63,981 nucleotides of DNA from positions 134,287,073-134,351,053 of the forward strand of contig NC_068984.1 in the NCBI RefSeq assembly GCF_001194135.2. The letters are read 5' to 3'. Below the pieces are notes generated by a model, which was not told the DNA's origin, searched no databases, and saw nothing but the letters and a program-made list of their open reading frames with translations. This document shows positions 1-14,061 of the stretch, piece by piece (position 1 is the stretch's first letter; every line of letters starts with the position of its first letter). This stretch comes from Octopus bimaculoides. Lineage: Eukaryota. A program made the translations under genes and the position numbers.

Positions 1-304
1 AAGTTACCCTCATAATAGCCAGTTCTTGTTACTGAGAAAATTCAAGCTGAAGAACGAGAGAGTACATTGTATGATGCTTGGTGAGCATCAAATCACCCTT
101 CCACACTTGGAGTATCCTTTAACACAAAATCTTTTGAGAATATGAATTGGCTGGTTTGAGACTAAATTTATAATACTGCATAAAAGAAAAATATTCCCAC
201 TTTTTTACCTAATATACAGCACCTGTTTTTTCTGATTTAGGAATATATATGGAACAACTAATATATATATACATAATTATATTTATATATATGTATGTAT
301 GTGT

Positions 305-355
<51 letters not shown>

Positions 356-3049
356 TGTGTGTCTGTGTATCTTGCACATATGTATATGCTCACAAACAAC
401 TGTTTACAGTTTATATTTAGAGAAGAAATTATTATTTTGAAATATATTTTTGTCTAATTTACATTATTATAAATGGAAAGAAAAATTGTTATAATCTGAA
501 GTATCTGTGTTTGTACATTTATTTAAATGTAAATGTTATTTGCTCAGGCATCGTTTTAGTATTCCAATAAAAAAAAAATTAAAAAAAAATATTTAAAAAT
601 CTAATCTGATTAAGCATTGCTCTAAAATTTTTCACAAAATTAATAATAGATGTTACATTAATAAAAATGTATCTGAACTCTATATGAATCAGAAAACAAC
701 TAATTTTAGTGAAATATTAAATCTGTAACAAAAATCATCGACTTATATATTCTAGGTAGCATTTCCTACATTTTGTTTGTATTAAGTAGTACAGATGTTG
801 GTTGTAGACTTTGCAGTCAAATATAATATCACTTGCACTATTTTATTTCTCTGCTTTGAGATAAGATACATAATTTTTTGTACTTAGAAATAAAAAATCA
901 ATCAATAAAAGCAAATTTTCTGTTCTCATTAGGTCGGTTTTAACTCTAAAACTTTAAAAACACTAAAAGTATCTTCTAGTTCTCATATCTAAAAGTCATT
1001 TAGTCTTAACGTTTATGTAACATCAAAGAGTTTCCCTTTTATTTCTACTTATGCTATTGATATATTTTATGCTAATGAACGTTGATGGTGATGTTAAACA
1101 TGGCTAGTTCACTGTTGCAAGATGACATGTTTTATCACTATTAAATATGAGGTATGCAGTTTATTATTAAGCAATAAAATAAGCAAAGTAATAGTTTGAA
1201 GAATATAATTGATAAAACTTGATAATTAACTATTATACTTGTGTCTTTCTCTATAGTGTATTTCTTTTTTTATTTTTAAATTTTGCATTTTTTAAAATAA
1301 AAAATAGATATCAGCCGAGCAAAGTTTAAAAAATACATAAAACACATCACTAACAATACAAAAACCTTAAAATTTTATGAAAATATACCTGTTTATCTGA
1401 ATTTATTTTTCTTTTTTTATATTTTCAAATATAAACTTTTCTTTACAAAAACAGAGAAAATAATCAATAAAACACAAACAAATCAATGCATATNNNNNNN
1501 NNNNNNNNNNNNNNNNNNNNNNTATATATATATATTTATATATATATATATGCACACACAAATTAGCATATATGAATAGAAAATATCTAAATAGTGTCTG
1601 TTTTCGCTTTTACATTTTTGGCTCATTTTTCTGTATGATGTAATCATTATAGAATGTTACAATAATGGATATGTGCATCAAACATTTTACATAGACTGCA
1701 AGCACATTGCAGAGGGTAATAATAGGAACAAAAATCAGTTTAATATAATTCTATCCTGGTGTGCTACTATCTGAACAGAACTGACAATATATGATTAAAT
1801 TCAGTTTTCAATCACCTTAAGACTAGATTTATCAACAAGCTCACTGTAAAATTTCATTCAGAGATAATAGCATTTTTTAAAGTATTATTTATTCTAAATT
1901 AAAAATGCTACATAATTAAAACTGGCATTTTATATACAAAATCTAATCATTTTTCAAGATTGTAAGAATAAATTAATTTTCCAAAAGTACATAAGAATTA
2001 AGATTTTAGGATAGAATTATGTCAGAGAATGGTTTAAATAACAAAATAACAAAAATATGCAAAATGTTCATTGTTACAAAATTAAATTAATACATTGATT
2101 AACATTACTTAGTGAAATAAAGAAAGAGTTAAATTTTAGGTTTAAAAAGTTGGTAATATTACATCAGTACATAATTTGGAAGATAAGAAGTTTAGAAAGA
2201 ATTCGAATATTTGAAAAATACTGAGTGTTTCCTATTTTTTCATTTTGTTATAATTTAAAGAGCTTTCAGAGATATTTTTTTTTAAAGAGCTATATCAATT
2301 TATGATAGCATCTTATATAGATGATAAAACTTTCTAGAAATTTTCAGTAAAGGTATTGCTATGGAATCTATAAGCAACTATGATGGAGTAACAATGCAAA
2401 TTTAATGATCTTTTTTCAATGTTTTTATTATAAACTAGCCATGTTTAAAATAATGTTTAATCTTATAAAGAAGAATAATATTTAACCGATGTAGATTATT
2501 AAAGATTACCTGTAAGAATTATATATTACAAGTGAGTTTCTAAAAGCATTACTTTTAATAGCATAATTCATAATGTTTAAATGGCATTAACGATTGTACC
2601 AAATATACTTTCTAACCAAGATATTTTAAACCAAGATATTTTAGTAAAAATAACTATTTTAATGTAAATGTTATATAAAATGAGAAAAGCTTGAGTTGAA
2701 TGTAGTAAAATCATGCTAATACACAACAGAAATAAGAAGTGAATGCCATTAATCCTTTACTAATACTTCAGAAATAACTATTTAAAGAAAACATGAGTAA
2801 GAAACAACAAAAATAATATCAATCATAACTAAGATAGCATTAAAGAACTAATTGAATGAAAATGAATTCTTATTGTTAAAATTAATAATATCATTTGTTT
2901 GAAGGTTGTAAATACTTAAAGAGAATTCAGTTTTTTTATTAACAATCTTTAATGGTTATACTTAAAAACGTTTACTTTCATTATTATTAATTAGTTGAAA
3001 GAAAAGTAGCATCAATGACCTATGTAAGTGATCTCATACTGGTTAAGAT

Positions 3050-3780
3050 GTGTGGATAATGAAAAACTTGAACTTCTGTAGATTTATACTCATAGGAAAA
3101 ACATAGTCAAGAAGGCAATGCCAGTGAGCTGCAGTTCTAGATTGTTAAGTTTGGAATTTGCTGAGTAATACACAGTAGGGATGATGATAAGTAGAGGTGA
3201 GAGCCAAGTGAAATAGATGAGCTTGGGAGGAGGTAGTATCTAGCTTGCTGGTTTAGAGGAGTAAAAGTTAGTGTTAGTAATTGTGAAGGAGGCACTGAGT
3301 GAAGAAATAATGTATCGTTGGGCTAGTGAATGTAGCATGGTGTTGGATGAATCTTTACTTATCAGTCAGATAACCAATTTTGGAATGGAGTTTATAGCAA
3401 CAGTACTGTCAAAGAAATGTGAGCAGTACATCAATGTGAACCATACCTGAGCTTTAGAAGGCCAGTAATTGATCAAAGAAGTATTTTCTAGCCCTAAAAG
3501 AAAAAGAAACTGGTCTTTTTAATTTAATTTCACCTATGTTCTTTATATGAAACTGCCATAACAAGCCAGAAGAGGCTTTGAAGCCTTGCATTTGTTGTGA
3601 CTTTGCATATTCTTGTGTTCACACAAAAGGAGGGTGTGAACAAGGCAGTTAGGTCCTTACTGGTGCATACTTACAGGTTTCTGTTCATGAAAGTAGATCA
3701 AGTTTGTTGTGAGATATCTAAGCTGCATGACAACACCTACATGCAGAAAATTAAAGAAGGGCGAAGTGGGGGCATCATCT

Positions 3781-3864
<84 letters not shown>

Positions 3865-4560
3865 GAGAGAAGAGAGAGAGAGAAGAGAGAGAAAGAGAAG
3901 AGAGAGAGAGAGAGAGAGTGGTCTAACAGGGACTTCATGTTTAAGAGATGAGAAATGGAAAGATCCCATAATCAAGCAGCATTGCTATAAGATTCTTGTG
4001 TCAGACAGCTGAAAGCTTTGCTCAAGGACAATATGTAATGCTATATTCTGTTTTGGATGGGTCAAAAGTGAAGTACTAAAGCTCTGTTTTAGGTGAGTCA
4101 GAAGTGAAGTACATTGCTCTCAAGAGAAGTCAGTATAGATTTGATGTTAGACCTGATGTTGAAACAGTATAGAACTGAGAGTTGAAGTACCAGACAGATC
4201 AGTTGCAGAATAGGATTATGTTAACTGGGCAACTTGATGAGGGAATAACCAAATGATCCAACAAAGGAAGATATGTAGATAGTTGAGTTCAGAGATGAGA
4301 CAGAAGGCAAGAGTGTTTGGAAAGTTGGTTTGAGTTATGGGTAGATAAGGAAAATAACTGCTGCAGACAATTCAGGGTAACAAACAATTTGGGATGAATG
4401 AGAGAATTGAGAAATGCTGGAGGCATTGGCATTGAAGTTACTATGGATGATGATTTCAGAAAAAGTTTAGTTGAAATAAATAAATAACTTCAATACAATT
4501 TGAGAGATAGTCATACAGCTACTGGAGTTTGAAGGAATTTAGAAAGAAGTTGAGAAAACA
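3050..4560 (-). mobile_element. Highly decayed CR1/L2-group LINE (endonuclease and RT remnants), interrupted by (GA)n
   Basis: Minus-strand frames give broken motifs such as KAQVWFTLMYCSHI (cf. KAQVRPxxEYCSHIW), DDAPT (cf. YADD) and HKNLIAMLLDYG. Many stops and frameshifts; boundaries approximate. Confidence 0.65.
3783..3918. repeat. (GA)n microsatellite
   Basis: About 135 nt of GA repeat; source of the RE-repeat and SL-repeat ORFs. Confidence 0.98.
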
Positions 4561-5707
4561 TATGAACAAATAAGGGAGACCTAAGTCAGAGTAACTGGAA
4601 ATTATTGTTTTTAACATTCAGGTGAGAAAATATAACTTGGACAATAGAGACACCATAATATATCTTAGTAAGTTGAAATATAATAAAGATACAATTATTT
4701 CCTGCTAAACATATTTCTTCTTAAAATTGAAGTTTCTATTAAGATAAAACACATTAATAATTTTCAAAATATTAAACTCTTGTTTTCTTAGAAGAAAGCA
4801 ATAACAATGCTCAAGTCAAATGTTATAAGGAAACTAGATAGTTTAAATTTAGTAGTTAGTTTTAATAAATATTGGCTATAAAGATATTAATGGGAGTAAT
4901 CTGAAAAATATCGGTTGAGAGAATGCAACTTTCCTCAAAACACAAAAGAAAATCTGATATACCTACAAAACAAATTAATCCCCCTAGGAGAGTATAAAAG
5001 AACGAATATGTTAATTCTATTAATAAAACAAAAAATAAAATAAAAATAAAATAAGACAAATATAATCAATCAAGTTAAATTAAAGATCCAACTTTCTAAT
5101 AAAAGGTTCAACAGACTGATTAACATTTATGAAGAATGACTTTAGCTAGTACAACAAAACTAAAAATCATAGGAATCTTTACAATGAAAAAATATAAGTT
5201 GAATAAAAAATAACAAGATCAAAGAAATATATCAGAAACTACAAATCAAATGTTTTAAAGTTCTTTCTAAGCTGTGAAATTCATTAGTAAAAAAATGACT
5301 TAACTAAGTATATTAGGTATAGCCAGGCATAAATTTATTTAAAACCTAAATGAGTGTTTATAATTTCATACTAAATGTAATAGTCATAGTAAAAGTGTAA
5401 CATGTTAAAATAACTCTTAATTTTAAAATAAATATAATCTATACTCTATTTATTATATTATGATTAAAACCAAGCTACATATTTTGGCTTCAACCTGGTT
5501 ATATTATTTTACACACGAATACAATACAGTAAAATTATAATGACGTTTTCTCAAATATTCAAAACTATCATCTCAATCTAGATTTTGTAGAAAACATTTC
5601 TAATTCTATGCTCGCCTCTCTGTGCCAGACTGTTTATGTTAAATATATATATATATGTTTGCAGGTATACATAAGTATGTACATATATACATACATGTGT
5701 GTGTAAG

Positions 5708-5781
<74 letters not shown>

Positions 5782-6230
5782 TATATGTATTTATATATAT
5801 TTATTTATTTATATATAATAGTCTATAGAACACTCCTCAGAGAATAAGTACCCCTCAGTCACCCTGTCTGCGAAGAGAACTAAATAGTAAATGCTATTTA
5901 AATCAAACATATACAAGGAAATTATATATTTGATTTAAACAGTGTTAATAGGAAGTAGCTGAAACAGCTTGACTATGCACATTGTGTATTTTGTCAGTAG
6001 CATGTCACTAACAAATTCATACTATGAGAATTAGTCAAGCTGTTTATCCCACATTATTGTTTGTGTTTGATTTAAGTAGCATTTGATATTCAGTTCTCTT
6101 TCTAGGCAGGTGAGTGGGGTTAATTTACCTCTGGGGAGTAGCTAATTAACTATTAAGTATGTAAGAATACCTCTTTTATTTTTCTGTCTATGGATGGAAT
6201 ATCAAGATGTATTTACATTAATTCTTTTAA

Positions 6231-6275
6231 TCTTTTACATGCTTCAGTCATTTGACTGTGCCTATGCTAGAGCAG
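6231..6275 (-). mobile_element. 3' tail of tRNA-derived SINE family A
   Basis: Reverse complement of the ...GCATxGxCACAGTCAAATGACTGAA... tail also seen at 43804-43860. Confidence 0.65.
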
Positions 6276-6332
6276 TTGCTTATTTTTTTTCGGCTTAACA
6301 CGTTACAAATAGTTGAGTTTGTGTTTTACTTG

Positions 6333-6524
6333 GTTTCAAATTTTGGCACAAGGCCAGCAACTTGGGGGGAGCTGGGTAAGTCAATTACACTGACTCCAGT
6401 TCTCAACTGGTACTTATTTTATCAATCCTGAAAGGATGAAAGGTAAAGTTGACCTTGGTGGAATTTGAACTCAGAACATGAGCATTTTGCCTGGTGTGCT
6501 AACGGTTCTGCCAGCTTGCCACCC
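6333..6524 (-). mobile_element. tRNA-derived SINE family C
   Basis: B-box-like GAGTTCAAATTCC followed by the conserved GGTCAACTTTxCCTTTCATCCTTT...ATAAAATAAGTACCAGT core; homologous to 14966-15180 and 40701-41092. Confidence 0.85.
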
Positions 6525-6759
6525 CAATTTTATATTCTATTTTAATAATATATACTATTTAATTGTCTTCAAAGGCAGAGGAATGCAGTTTATGTAATTT
6601 CTAACAGGTTACTAATTAGCCATAAAGTATGTCAGGATAATCATTATTTTTCAGTGTATGAAGAAAATAACAAGATATATTTACATTTGTAAGCTAAGTA
6701 CATCAAATTTATCTCATATATATAGTTATATATATATATTTTTAACACAGATATATGTT

Positions 6760-6830
<71 letters not shown>

Positions 6831-8226
6831 GTGTGTGCATGTTCCAAATTGCAAGCAATACTGAAATGCACAGACAAATATATGCATGTGTTTGTAAGTG
6901 CACATATATTTATATTTATACATCAATGCAAAAACATATGTATATATTTGCTTATGCATCTTAGTATTTCTTGAAATATGATACATACAAATACAATTGA
7001 TCTCTTGCATTTAGAATCAATGTATTATTCAGGGTACTGCAAATAGTCGCTGGGCAGGGAGTTGTTCTAAACTTTTTCTTAATTTGAATAGAGGCAGCAG
7101 CAAAATACATTTATTAGTTAACATTTGTAGAATTAGTGGAACTAATAAATGATCGTTATATTCTAATCAGTTACTACATAGCCAATGATTTATGTTAAAG
7201 TTGAATCTTTAGATAACATGCTTAATTGTTAAATATGAAATTTTTGAAAAGACTTTATGAAATTAAAATAAGCAATTTTGGAAAGTAAAGAGATATACAA
7301 AGGAAACAATCAGTAGTATACTATTACTTTTATAAGAAATATTGAAATTGTTTAAAACCAAATTCAAAGCTTGTGTCTAATCAATACAAATTCTAAAGAT
7401 AGAACATTTTGATTTCTTTGACTGACAGAATCTATAGTTATAAAACCAGATAAACTATTCTAAAATGCTATTCACAACAAAATAAATCTAAATAGATATG
7501 TAACATATACAGGTAAATGCAAATCTTATATCTGTTGTAAATATATTTTAATAAATTAGTTGTCTAATTTCCTATATACCATTATGAAAATCTTATTGAA
7601 AATTAAATATCAATTATTATTAAATAAACAATTAAGAAACTAACAAGCAATTGTTTGTAGAACCAACAATAAAATATGATATAAATGTTCTATTTCTTAT
7701 TTCTCATCATATAAGTGTGACAAGTAAAATTACACAATGGACACAACTAAACATTGAAAAATTTAAATCAGTTGCATATAAAACAAAGATGTGTAATAAT
7801 TTCTTTTAATATTATAGGATTTCAAATTGAACACTACACTATTAAATTTGCATTTAAAATTTGTTTTCTCACACAAAACTAAAATGAAAATATTAATATA
7901 TTAGTTTATACTAGATTAATCTTGATTATTATTTTAAGTTTTCCTTTCTCAAATAGTTTTAATAATTAGAAGTAGAAATGAACAAATCACTTTACTACGA
8001 AGAATAAAATTTCCATATCAACCTGAATTATTTTTATATTTAGATACATATGCATATTTCTATTTCTACTAAAATGAATTTTACAATACAAATATATATG
8101 CGCAAATGAATATGGATGTTTATGCAAGAAAATGCACATAAGTAAGTGGATATAATATTCTACTAACTATAATTTATTACTGATAGTTCTGGGGCTATTT
8201 GAAATTCTGTTAAACAGGGAACAATT

Positions 8227-8257
<31 letters not shown>

Positions 8258-8307
8258 GTATACAAACATTTATATATATATATACATTTATATATATACA
8301 TATATAA

Positions 8308-8375
<68 letters not shown>

Positions 8376-8414
8376 TTATATATGTCTACATTTATATGTA
8401 TATATGTATGCATG

Positions 8415-8449
<35 letters not shown>

Positions 8450-8692
8450 TATATAGATATATATGTACAATATATGTATATATAATACATATACATATAT
8501 TACATATATAATAGCATATATATAAATATACATACATCCACATCATGTTAGTTTTACATACATATGTGTATGTATATATACATAGAGACTTTTTACTTAT
8601 ATGATAAAAATGAAAAAATCTATGAACTTTTTTTTATATATATATATGGACAATAAGACAAACATATATTTAAAAAGAATTGTATCACTTAC

Positions 8693-8864
8693 CGTCTGGA
8701 TGTTTTGGCTGTGGTTTATAGTTGTCTACCTGGATGGTTGAATTTGCACCATTTCGTGTAAAACGGACTACATGGTATTCGCCATCATTTACCTTATGGT
8801 AGACTTCCCCCACTGGGTGGTCTGCAGTGCCCATGTTATATACAACAAATATGTTTCCATCCAC
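8693..8864 (-). CDS. Nrx-1: Neurexin exon, middle LNS6, ending at the splice-site-4-equivalent position
   Basis: ttatttttcag|GTG ... GAC G|GTAAGT; 172 nt, phase 0-1. VDGNIFVVYNMGTADHPVGEVYHKVNDGEYHVVRFTRNGANSTIQVDNYKPQPKHPD; NDGxYHVVRFTRxGxNxT is diagnostic. Confidence 0.97.
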
Positions 8865-9121
8865 CTGAAAAATAAAGTTTTATGAAATAAACTGGGCATC
8901 AAAATAAATAAAATGATGCTACTAGTTTTGGAAATAATAATATTTAAGAAATGGAAAAGTAAATATTTTATTAAAGAAGACTTTTAAATTTTCAATTTAC
9001 TAAAATCAAATTTAATGGTAGCCATAGTGGAATTGTACATTTGAACAGAAGCACACTTTTGCAACACATTTTCATATTATGTAAACTACCTGTGTGTGTA
9101 TATAATATATATATATATATA

Positions 9122-9212
9122 TCATCATCATCATCATCATCATCGTTTAACGTCCGCTTTCCATGCTAGCATGGGTTGGACGATTTGACTGAGAACTGGC
9201 GAACCAGATGGA
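9122..9212 (-). mobile_element. Young 3' tail of a (GAT)n-ended retroposon (RTE-like LINE or partner SINE)
   Basis: Reverse complement CAGTCAAATCGTCCAACCCATGCTAGCATGGAAAGCGGACGTTAAAC(GAT)n; nearly identical to 16285-16367; CpGs retained. Confidence 0.8.
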
Positions 9213-9408
9213 ACCAAAAAATCATAAACTTATAATTACAAGTTAGACAGCTGTATATCTAATTTCCACATTTATCACAAATTTATTCAGCAGTGCCAAG
9301 AGATATGATGTACCTATAAGGGGATACTGAAATTAATCTTTCATGTGTGATCTAATTATTTTATCATGTAGATTTCATATAAAAGAAAACACATTATGAG
9401 AATCTTAC

Positions 9409-9587
9409 CAATTCTGCTTCCAAATAGTCATCTGAATCTTTACTTTGAACTCGAACAAGAACGGCATCTTTTTGTTTTGTCTTTAATCCGAAAGCGAGGA
9501 GGTCTTCCGTTCTGTCTTTACGTTTCTTCGCTGGATAGGTGTACTGAAGAAGGCCAGGATTGGGGCCGAAATGGTATGTTGTGCTTT
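9409..9587 (-). CDS. Nrx-1: Neurexin exon, N-terminal LNS6 (not in the supplied ORF track)
   Basis: gtgattag|AA AGC ... GAA TTG|GTAAGA; 179 nt, phase 1-0. (E)STTYHFGPNPGLLQYTYPAKKRKDRTEDLLAFGLKTKQKDAVLVRVQSKDSDDYLEAEL. Confidence 0.96.
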
Positions 9588-11708
9588 CTAATCACAAATA
9601 AATAAATAAATAAAATAAAAATAAAAGTTAAAACAAATTTATAATATAATATTTTCATGTTAATGTGGCATGTCTCAAATTATATCCATGCATAAGATAC
9701 AAATAAAAAAGCAAAATATTTTAATAGAAAACGAATGTTATAGACCCCAACTATTGAAAATATGTTCCATGTAATTAATGTCACTATTGTATGTTATCTG
9801 ACCATCTGCATCATACTTATTGTAGAGTACATGAAATTATGTTACTATGTTCATTTCAATTAGGCATAAAAATCATAATAATCATTATGAAATCTCCATT
9901 TCATAACTTTTATTTCATTGCATCTTAAGCCTTGAAGTATCATTTTAAATGATTAACCTATTTATTTTCCTTTTTTCATATCACCTGCACATTTTCTTTT
10001 CTTTAGAATCTATGCTAAGCAATATATTCCAACTAAAAAAGTGTTTCTCTGAAACTCACTTAGCGGTAATATAGTTTTACCTTTTATAATATGAAATTAT
10101 ATATAAAACACATTAACCAAACATCTCACCCACAACTTTCCAATCCAGGAAGGTTTGCTATGATACAGTTCTTACCACAAAACAGAAAATATATTTGAAT
10201 ATCTTTTTGTAAGGTTTGTCATTTTATAACTGCCAAAATACCTTTCGCCCAGTCAATTTAGCTTTTAAGAGAAAAACTGCACTACACTTATTTTGTTCCA
10301 GTGTCTGGACACATGTTCTTTTGAGAGATATATAATTTTCAATTAAATGAATAGCTCTTAAAATTTACAAAGAAATTTGTAAATGAAAATTATACTTCAG
10401 TGCATTTTCAATAAATTATTAAGCAATGTAGTCAGGATACCGAAGTTGTGTATTAGTATTAAAAGGTCAGAGTATATTTGACATTTTTGTTTGTAAACAA
10501 AGTACAAGAATAAAAAATAGAAAAGCAAAATGAATAAAGATTGTGCTTAGATAAATATTAGTAGTTTAGTATTTAAAAAATGTAATAAAGATCATGTATG
10601 ATAGGAAACACCAATGTTAGAAAATTCTCAAAGAGCTTAAGATGCCTTCTAAATCTATGTGAAACATCGATGATATTGAACATCCTTCATCAGGTTGTAA
10701 ATATATGAACTTAAAAGGTAATACAGTGTGTCAAACTGAAGGTATTTTGAATAATTATACATTGCCAGTAATTTTTATTATTGAAATTAGGAACTGTAGT
10801 GTCTATTGTTGATTAGCAACTAAATACTAGTTCACTGTACAGAAGTGTAGTACTGTTGATTAAAATGTGTTGCCTATACAAAAATATTTCAATATATGTA
10901 GATGTGAAAACATTCTAATAACTCACTACAACACTGCTGCAACAAGTTGTGTGAAATAAAATGTTCATGATATGCATTGATTCAGAATAAAACAGTTTAC
11001 ACACAAATAAATCGTTAAAAGAAAAAAAGAATCCATACTTATATATATGTGCATGAAAGAAAATAAACACAAATACATAAAGTGTGCCTATCTTTTATGT
11101 AGTATAACTTATGAACTAAAATCGATCTTATGAGGATCATTTATTAAATTTATAAGTAATTATATTGAAGTGGGATTAATCAAATATTTAATGCTTCTGG
11201 AGTTGATTGCAAGAAGTAATACTGAATATAACAAAACTTTTGCAAATTGACAATTATTGTGTTTCTGATTTTTTTATGCATTATTATTGGAGAAGTACTG
11301 ATATTGTTCTTGTAACATACAAAAGAAAAAACAAAAGCATGGATAACATCTTATAAAATATCAAACAGTTGGGAGATATCACATATTTGGAAGATATATG
11401 GAGACCTTGATGAAAGTTTTATATAAACCTTTAGATATTAACTAAAATTTCTAAGCCTGTTTCAATTGCAGTAAATTGGTATTACAAAACAAAATTTTAA
11501 TATCCTTTATATATTTTCTTCCAATGTCAGTTAGACTATCAGAGTATAATTTCAAAATATTTTACTGTTATAAAAACACCTTTGGTTTAGTGAGCATATA
11601 AGTTAGATATAATAACCTTTATGTATGTATGAATGCACACACATACACACACACATACACCCACACACACACAAAAAGATATATAATGATACATATAATC
11701 ATATATAC

Positions 11709-11745
<37 letters not shown>

Positions 11746-12374
11746 TATGTGTGTATATATATATATATACATATATATGTGTATATATATGTACATATAC
11801 ACACACATATATATGTGTATGTAGGTATATATAGATATATATATATATATACATATAAATATGTATATATATATATAAATATGTATATATATATATATNN
11901 NNNNNNNNNNNNNNNNNNNNNNNNNNNNNNNNNNNNNNNNNNNNNNNNNNNNNNNNNNNNNNNNNNNNNNNNNNNNNNNNNNNNNNNNNNNNNNNNNNNN
12001 NNNNNNNNNNNNNNNNNNNNNNNNNNNNNNNNNNNNNNNNNNNNNNNNNNNNNNNNNNNNNNNNNNNNNNNNNNNNNNNNNNNNNNNNNNNNNNNNNNNN
12101 NNNNNNNNNNNNNNNNNNNNNNNNNNNNNNNNNNNNNNNNNNNNNNNNNNNNNNNNNNNNNNNNNNNNNNNNNNNNNNNNNNNNNNNNNNNNNNNNNNNN
12201 NNNNNNNNNNNNNNNNNNNNNNNNNNNNNNNNNNNNNNNNNNNNNNNNNNNNNNNNNNNNNNNNNNNNNNNNNNNNNNNNNNNNNNNNNNNNNNNNNNNN
12301 NNNNNNNTATATATATATATGTAATATATATGTATATAGTTATATATATATATGTATATATATGTATGTATATG

Positions 12375-12440
<66 letters not shown>

Positions 12441-12617
12441 TATATATATATGTATATATATATATTTATATACATATATATAAAAGTACATATATATTAT
12501 ATATATATGTATATATATACATACATATATATATTATATATATGCATATATATGTATGTATATATATATATATACACATACATACATATATTATATGTAT
12601 ATATATGATATATATAT

Positions 12618-12675
<58 letters not shown>

Positions 12676-13229
12676 CACATATATATACATACATATATAT
12701 ACATATATATACACATATATACATATATATGTATACATACATACATACATATATCTACATATGATATATAGATACACATATTATATATATACTCCCACAA
12801 AATATTTTCTTTTATTTAGAAATGAAATACATTATGTAATAAATAAAACAAATCATTCTGCAGAAAATATATATGGAAAAGCACAGATTTTAGAATGTCA
12901 GCAATAACAGAAAAAAGGACAACCTACAAAAATCACAAAATAGAGATGCAATGTAAAGTATTTTCATAATTACTTAAAAATATTAAATACATACATGGGG
13001 ATATACACAAACATACAAATATAACATACATAATGTACAGAAATATGAAGATGTTTGCATTTTGACATTTTCAGACACAATATAAGATATTCTGTATTTC
13101 AGATATTAGACTGGGTTACATTCTACCAAATGGACTTGACAGTTAATTCTGACTCAAATCTAAGAGAATGTAATCACAAACAAGTTGTGAATAGATTCTT
13201 GCACAATTGAACTACATTAGGATCAAAGA

Positions 13230-13270
13230 ACTCAATAAAAATTCTATCTTATCTATCTTATCTATCTATC

Positions 13271-13320
<50 letters not shown>

Positions 13321-13321
13321 C
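13230..13321. repeat. (TATC)n microsatellite
   Basis: Direct reading; a second array is at 15955-16025. Confidence 0.95.
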
Positions 13322-13460
13322 ATTTGCTTGTGTCTATTGACCNNNNNNNNNNCTAATATATACTTTTGTTATTTACACCACCTGTCCTCGTCTGTTGTTA
13401 TTTTTTGTATATTCTCCCATATATATATATATATATATATATAAATGAGTAACATAGATG

Positions 13461-13611
13461 TACAGGTGTCAATTCATTATGGCCATTTCAAGCGGCTCCT
13501 TTAATTGACCAATGAAAACATTACATTATTTGAAAGAAACCATTCTCATTAGATGACCACATAGACTTCGAAAATAAAGGATATAACCATTTTTTTAAAC
13601 ATACACCTGTA
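13461..13611. mobile_element. Tc1/mariner-type MITE
   Basis: TA-CAGGTGT...ACACCTG-TA termini with TA duplication and a non-coding interior of about 135 nt. Confidence 0.7.
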
Positions 13612-14022
13612 CATCTTTGTTACTCATGTATATTCTATTTACCTAAATTGGAATCTGCACTTGGGAAACGCTATAAAAAGTACCTTTACAAAAAGTACTT
13701 GGCTGAATTACCAAGAGCGGATATCTTCACTTAGCTGGGTTGCGTTGTCGGCACACATGGCAGGAATATCAGGTACAAACACACCTGCCCGGAGTCTCAA
13801 TATTCAATTAATATCGTTTGGATGTGCGGATTATACCGATCTAGCAAGGTGCCTCTATTTAAGTACTTAATTCAACAGAATCTTAACAATAGATATATAT
13901 ATATATATGAATTATGAGTTAGAGGTTATGCAACCATCTGCTTTTTAACTACAATTAAACTATGACCTTTTAATACCAATGATCAACTTCTAATTGTTAA
14001 TTGTTGCTCCATTTCTTTTCTA

Positions 14023-14061
<39 letters not shown>

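Noticed and set aside
2616-2644. Short tandem duplications (also near 20440-20483, 59884-59920 and 60863-60894)
   Set aside because: Ordinary slippage-type duplications. No regular repeat-spacer array, so not CRISPR-like.
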